Assembly (NCBI RefSeq): GCF_009914755.1 | Contig: NC_060928.1 | Strand: one strand, 5' to 3' | Length of the DNA: 64,000 nt | Source: the human T2T-CHM13v2.0 reference genome, Homo sapiens | In this document: piece by piece, positions 58,866-64,000 of the stretch | How the letters are laid out: every line of letters starts with the position of its first letter | Numbering within the stretch: the stretch's first letter is position 1 | Notes under the pieces: generated by a model | Told to the model about the DNA's origin: nothing | Database searches by the model: none | What the model saw: the letters and a program-made list of their open reading frames with translations, nothing else | Program-made: the position numbers and the translations under genes

Positions 58866-61800
58866 GTGACTTGGTAAATTCTAGGGACTGACCAAAGCCA
58901 AGCATAGAATGGCTTTGTTATCCCAAAATTGTGATTACTTCAAGCCACGGTGGAGAGATGAAAATGTAGATGAGAGGAAAAGCAAATTCAAAAGCCAAAC
59001 ATGGCTATATTAAGCATTGAGGTGAAAGAGTAGGGTGAGGACCCAAACCACTGGCAACAACACTGGAAGCCAAGAGAGTGAGAGAACGGAATGCAGGGCA
59101 GTGGAGCTGGTGAGTCAGGCATCTGAGACAGAAGGTCCTTGTTCTGTAAATGTGCAGTGAAGTCTTGCCTGGCCTACGTGGAGAGAGGAGCCCCTTAAAG
59201 GTGACACCAAACTGGACAGCCACAGTCTACTGATCATTAATGTGTTCTGGATTGGGAGATGTTACAGGACAGTGGGACTAACAAATCTAAGTGCATGCAT
59301 GCTGAAATGATGACAAATAGCAAAAGTGTCAATATAATCAAACAAAATAAATCAGGTATATTCTCGTAGGGGTGACTTTGCACTCGGATTTCAAAGCTCA
59401 TATTCTAGGCCTTCTTTGCTATTGTTGACTCACCTGGTCAAATTGTCAACAGCATGCTATGGGCTCCTTTCTGCACCAATGTGCCTTTGAATCCCAAGTA
59501 CCACTGCCCTCAATGTTTGAATCATCTTTGAGCCTACAGGTTAGGATTCTTGGTAGTAAAGGAAGAAGGCAGATTTTTTGAGGAGCTATTCTGGGAGCCT
59601 TCTTGTTATCCACTGGACACTGCTTATTTCACTTGTGGACTTACAATGTAGCAGCTGTGTTTCGATTTCTCCTGTAAGGCTTGCTGCAGAGGAATATCAT
59701 CAATTAAAATGGACAAAAGGAGAGCACAAATTACTTTACCAGTTACCCCTAAGCTGACAGTCTGTAGATTACAACCAAATCTTAAAGTGTTTTCCCGGTC
59801 AATTGTACTATTCCATAGCTCTTAAGTGTCTATTTGAAGACCTAAAGCAGGTGATGTTTTCGGCCCAGATCCAGAGTTTAAAATTTGTGTAATATAATGT
59901 AAGTCTACCTACAGTTTTATGAGAATTTCTGTTAAGCTTTTGGGAGTTTGGTCTGTATGCTGTCATTCTTCATTTTCAAAGAATACATTTTTTAAATGAT
60001 GGTGTTTCCTATATATACTTCCCATCATCGGCAACATCTAACCTGAGTTATTTATAAGCTGCTCTCAACTTTCAGAACTATTCTGCCTCACATGTATGTT
60101 CCAGCATACCAAACTTGATTCTTTCCCCCCTCTCTCTCTCACTATGGATGGAGAAAGCTTTAAGAGGCCCTTGGTGTGTTTGTGTGGTAGGAGAGAGCTT
60201 GTGGGGAGAAGGATGGATTGGGGAGTGGAGACATGGAAACAGTTCTGGAAAAGTGGCTTTGCACAGAGCTGCTCCATCCACGTGATACTTTAGCAGTCCA
60301 AGCTGCAGAAAGGGAAGGCTGGCCACATGCCAGCTGCTCACTGGGAAAGAGTGATGGCTCCTGTAGACTGGCAGCAGGAGTTTGTTCTGCCTCTTCAAAA
60401 TGCTGTCAGGAGACTTCTTTGCCAATGAATGAATCCTCAGGCCACTAAAGGGGGTAAGGGGATTCACACATACGCCTCCAGGTGAGAAGCATGGAAAAAA
60501 GGTTTCCTCTCCCCTGTACCTAGGAGATCTGGTCATAGTTCTGATTTTACTAACAGCTAGCTGTGTGGGCTAAGGTAAAATTATTTGACATCTATAAGTT
60601 CCAGTTATTTTGTTGTGAATAAAGAGGGGATCTGAGTAAAGAATGTCTCTGACTCTAAAATGCCATGGGCCTGTAATCTATCAGTGTGAGTGGTAACCTC
60701 AATAAAAGTGAAAGTCTGGTGTGGCAGCTCTTCTAGAGCTTCTTTTGTCTAGTCATGTCTATAATCAGGCCAAGTCCTGTAGTTTGTGGGATTGACACAA
60801 GATTCAAAATAACTGTGTGTCATCAGAAACAAAAGTTTGGAAAAGACATTTCCCCAAACTAAATTAAATATCACTGCTCAAAAATAATAAAATGCTATAG
60901 AAAGAAAATATCAACGCCACCACAAATCAACATTGGAGGAACAGCCCTAAAAAACATCTGGAAAATAGCATTAAGTTAACAAACCACTAGATAAAATGTT
61001 TGATTTCCCAGGCACTGATGTTACTAACTGCAAAAGCAGTTAAAAAGTCTTATGAGGAATAATATCTTGGCACTCATGAACAGCAAGAAACCCAGCTGTT
61101 TGCACTTGCTGTATAACAAGTGCCAATGCACATACTGTAATCCTCAGTCTGCTGAGCACTGCAATGGCAAACAGCACAATGTGACAGAAAGTTCCTGATT
61201 GGGCAAGAGTGATCAGGCTATTGGGACTCAGTAACAGGCAAATGCCTCCTTTTACTACAACAGCCCACTTCCAGGGCAACTTCCTTGTGAATTGTTGTTT
61301 CTTGCTATATATTCATTCATTTGCTTTTACTAGAAATTTATATCATGGTCTGGAAAGAACTTCTATTTCCAGGCAAGAGTTCCTTTAAACCATACCAGAT
61401 GTCGGAAACATTATGAGACTGGCCTAAGAAGAGGAGAAGAGGGGATTTGAACATGAGCTATATAAGTGACAGACAGAAAAGGAAAGGGCCCATAGGTGAG
61501 TGGACATGAAGAGAGATAAGCAGATAAGCACACTAAAGCAAGATCATGGGAATCCGTGAAACTCTCCATCTCAAAGTGCTAGAAGCATACCCATCCTGCA
61601 ACTGAGATTTTGAAAGAGACTAAGATAAAGCTAGAAGACAAAGGAGAAAGGAAGTGTTCAGACATCCTGACATGTTATTTCCAGTGCTACTTAGGCACTC
61701 ATTGAAATCAGCAATTCTTTAGAATTGAGAAGGAAAAGTCTAATCAACTTGGCTATCATTTCATTCAATGATTAATTGTTAAGCTCCTAGTAGGTATCAG

Positions 61801-62194
61801 GAAAAGTTCTAGGTATGGAAGGTGGTGCAGAATAATAATGAACAAATAAAAAATGGTCTGTTCCGAAAGATACATTATTTAGGCAATCTCCTGTATAAAT
61901 GATCAATCACCATCTACAACAAGTGTTAAGAAAACAAAAAATATATATGTAGGAAGGGGGTTTCTTCTCTTTCTTCTATGTACACATTAGAAAAGATGGA
62001 TAATAATCAAATAACAACAAAAATAAATATACAAGTGCAACTGTGATGAGTGCTACAAGGAGAGGTAGATGGTTCTATGAGAAATAATTAGAATAGTTGG
62101 CCTTGTCAGCAAGGTAAGGGATGGCTTTCTTGAGGAAGGGATTTTTGAACTTTCATCTACAGGATAAGTGGAATTTCATTATGTGAAGAAGGGG

Positions 62195-62780
62195 TGTTCT
62201 GTGCCGGAAACACACGAGCAATGAAGAAAAGACACACACACAATCCCTTTAAGGGTAAACAACCTTTATTCCACGTAAATGGCAATGCAGATATAATAAG
62301 CAAATGATGTAATAAGCAAATGGATGTAATAAGCAAATTGCAATGGGGAGAGGAGAAAGGAAAAGATATATATATATTTACACTCACCAGACTGTGAAGG
62401 ATTCACCACCAGACTGGAAAGCAACAGCCTGGGCTCCAGAGTCAGACACTTGTCCGTGCACAGATGAGGAGAGGTCTCATGAAGCTTCGTTGTGGTCTGG
62501 GACCATAGCTCCTTTTGTAATGAGTTGTTTGGCATGAGGCCCAGTCACGAGGCCCCTTCACGACTGGACTCAAGGAACACAAAAAGGTCAACTTGTTTTT
62601 GCGATTGTCTGTTGTTTTTCAACAACTAACATATAGGAATAGATTGAAATAGAGATTTCTCCAAAACAGTGCTGGACGAATGCCTCAAGGGGCTCACACA
62701 ACCTGTTCCAGGACTTGGTGACCATTGTTTGTGTCTATGTTCAATTGAGTTCAAATTTAGTATTTAACTTTTCCTCCACA
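62195..62780 (-). mobile_element. LTR10-family (HERV-I, LTR10C-like) solo LTR inserted in L2 debris
   Basis: Minus strand TGTGGAGGAAAAGTTAAAT...GCACAGAACA termini; TATA-like (TA)n at about 62367-62377; AATAAA on minus at about 62265-62270; TSD not clean. Confidence 0.75.
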
Positions 62781-63632
62781 AGGCTCTGGATGGAGGTGGG
62801 GAAGGGTTCTCTAGAAAAGAGTCTAAATAAATGGGCTAATCAAAGTGCTGAGAGGCCAGTACTCAGGAATGGAGAGCACTGATATGGAGGCTGCTGCAAA
62901 CTGAAACTAGGGGGGAAAATGTAGGAGAAAAATGTACAGGTGTCTATAGGAGTTTTGTCTTTGATCTCAAAGCTTTAAAGGGTTTTTTTTTGCTGAGGAT
63001 AACATGATCAGATTTGGCACTGAGAAGATCCCTCTGGTTGCATTGTGTAGAATGGATTACAGGATGCAGATAGACTACTCAGTAAATTATTTCTGTAGTC
63101 CAAGTGATAGAGGATGGCAGCTTGTAGGAGGATGGTGGTGATGGTGGAGGAGATGGAGTTTCTGAGAAACTCTAAGGGAGTGTAACATAAGCATGTTAGG
63201 TCTATGACTGTGGAGTTGGCAGACAGCCCCAAAAGCCACATTTTTCATTCAAACAAGAATTTGCTTTGAATGAAAAAGGAAGGCAATGGCATTGTAAGAA
63301 ACACGAACAATCAAGGAAGCTTACCATATCCTTTCTTATTCATGTTACTTCCCAGTATTGGCCAACCACCTATGCTAAAAATGACATAGAAGGAGAGGGA
63401 AATATGGAAGAACTCATAGTTCTTTTTCTTTCAACCCTTCCTTCTTTTTCAGTAAGTTAAAAGTAGAGTATTCATAAAATGTGCACCTATCAAGAAGTGA
63501 AAAAAAGAGTTAATTTTGTGCAGCATTTCCTCTCTTCTTTTGGGAACAAAATGCATATGCATGTATGAACGAGGTATGAATTGTGTAATTTTGGTAATTC
63601 CACATATGAGTTAAGTGCTCTTATATTTGCAT

Positions 63633-63851
63633 TTATTTGTTTGTTTATTTATTTATTTAATTTTTAGAGACAGGGTCTTGCTCTGCTGCCCATGCTGGAG
63701 TGCAGTGATGTGATCATGGCTCACTATAGCTTCAACTACCTGTGCTCAAAGGGTCTTCCCACCTCAGCCTCCCAAGTAGCTGGAACCACAGGCATGTGCC
63801 ACATGCTAGCTTTGTTTTGTTTTGTTTTGTTTTGTTTTTGTAGAGACCCAG

Positions 63852-63883
<32 letters not shown>

Positions 63884-64000
63884 GTAGAGAGGGGGCTCTC
63901 ATTCTGTTGCCCCCGCTGGTCTTGAACTCCCGGGCTCAAGCAATCCTCCCACTTCAGCCTCCCAAAGTGCACAGATTACAGGCATGAGCCACCACACTTG
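63633..64000 (-). mobile_element. AluJ with a duplicated central linker, reaching the window edge
   Basis: gatcatggctcactatagc and gggctcaagcaatcctccc are J-type features. Confidence 0.9.

Overview
This is primate (human or great-ape-like) non-coding DNA, intronic or intergenic and dense in repeats. I can support no intact protein-coding exon. Most of the longer ORFs in the supplied track are translations of Alus, LTRs or simple repeats, and the rest match no protein I recognise apart from RPS16, env and L1 remnants. The window holds about 30 Alus (J, S and Y lineages, many with readable target-site duplications, TSDs), a 5'-truncated L1PA, older L1M/L2/MIR debris and DNA-transposon fossils (MER81, MER82, MER1B, MER58 and others). 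It also holds MaLR/ERVL LTRs, a complete MER52-type solo LTR, an LTR10-type solo LTR and a decayed RPS16 processed pseudogene. The clearest unusual structure is at 34.8-36.2 kb. There an ERV1 transcript end (env TM remnant + PPT + U3-R, no U5) carries a poly(A) tail and a 13-bp TSD, consistent with an endogenous-retrovirus mRNA retroposed by the L1 machinery. Other oddities include a 45-bp exact duplication 2 kb apart with each copy inside its own 14-bp direct repeats, two short tandem arrays with motif or hairpin content, and three tightly spaced inverted Alu pairs. There is also a speculative chain of minus-strand non-coding exons. Repeat subfamily names come from recalled consensus sequences, not from a search. 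Boundaries without a TSD are approximate.
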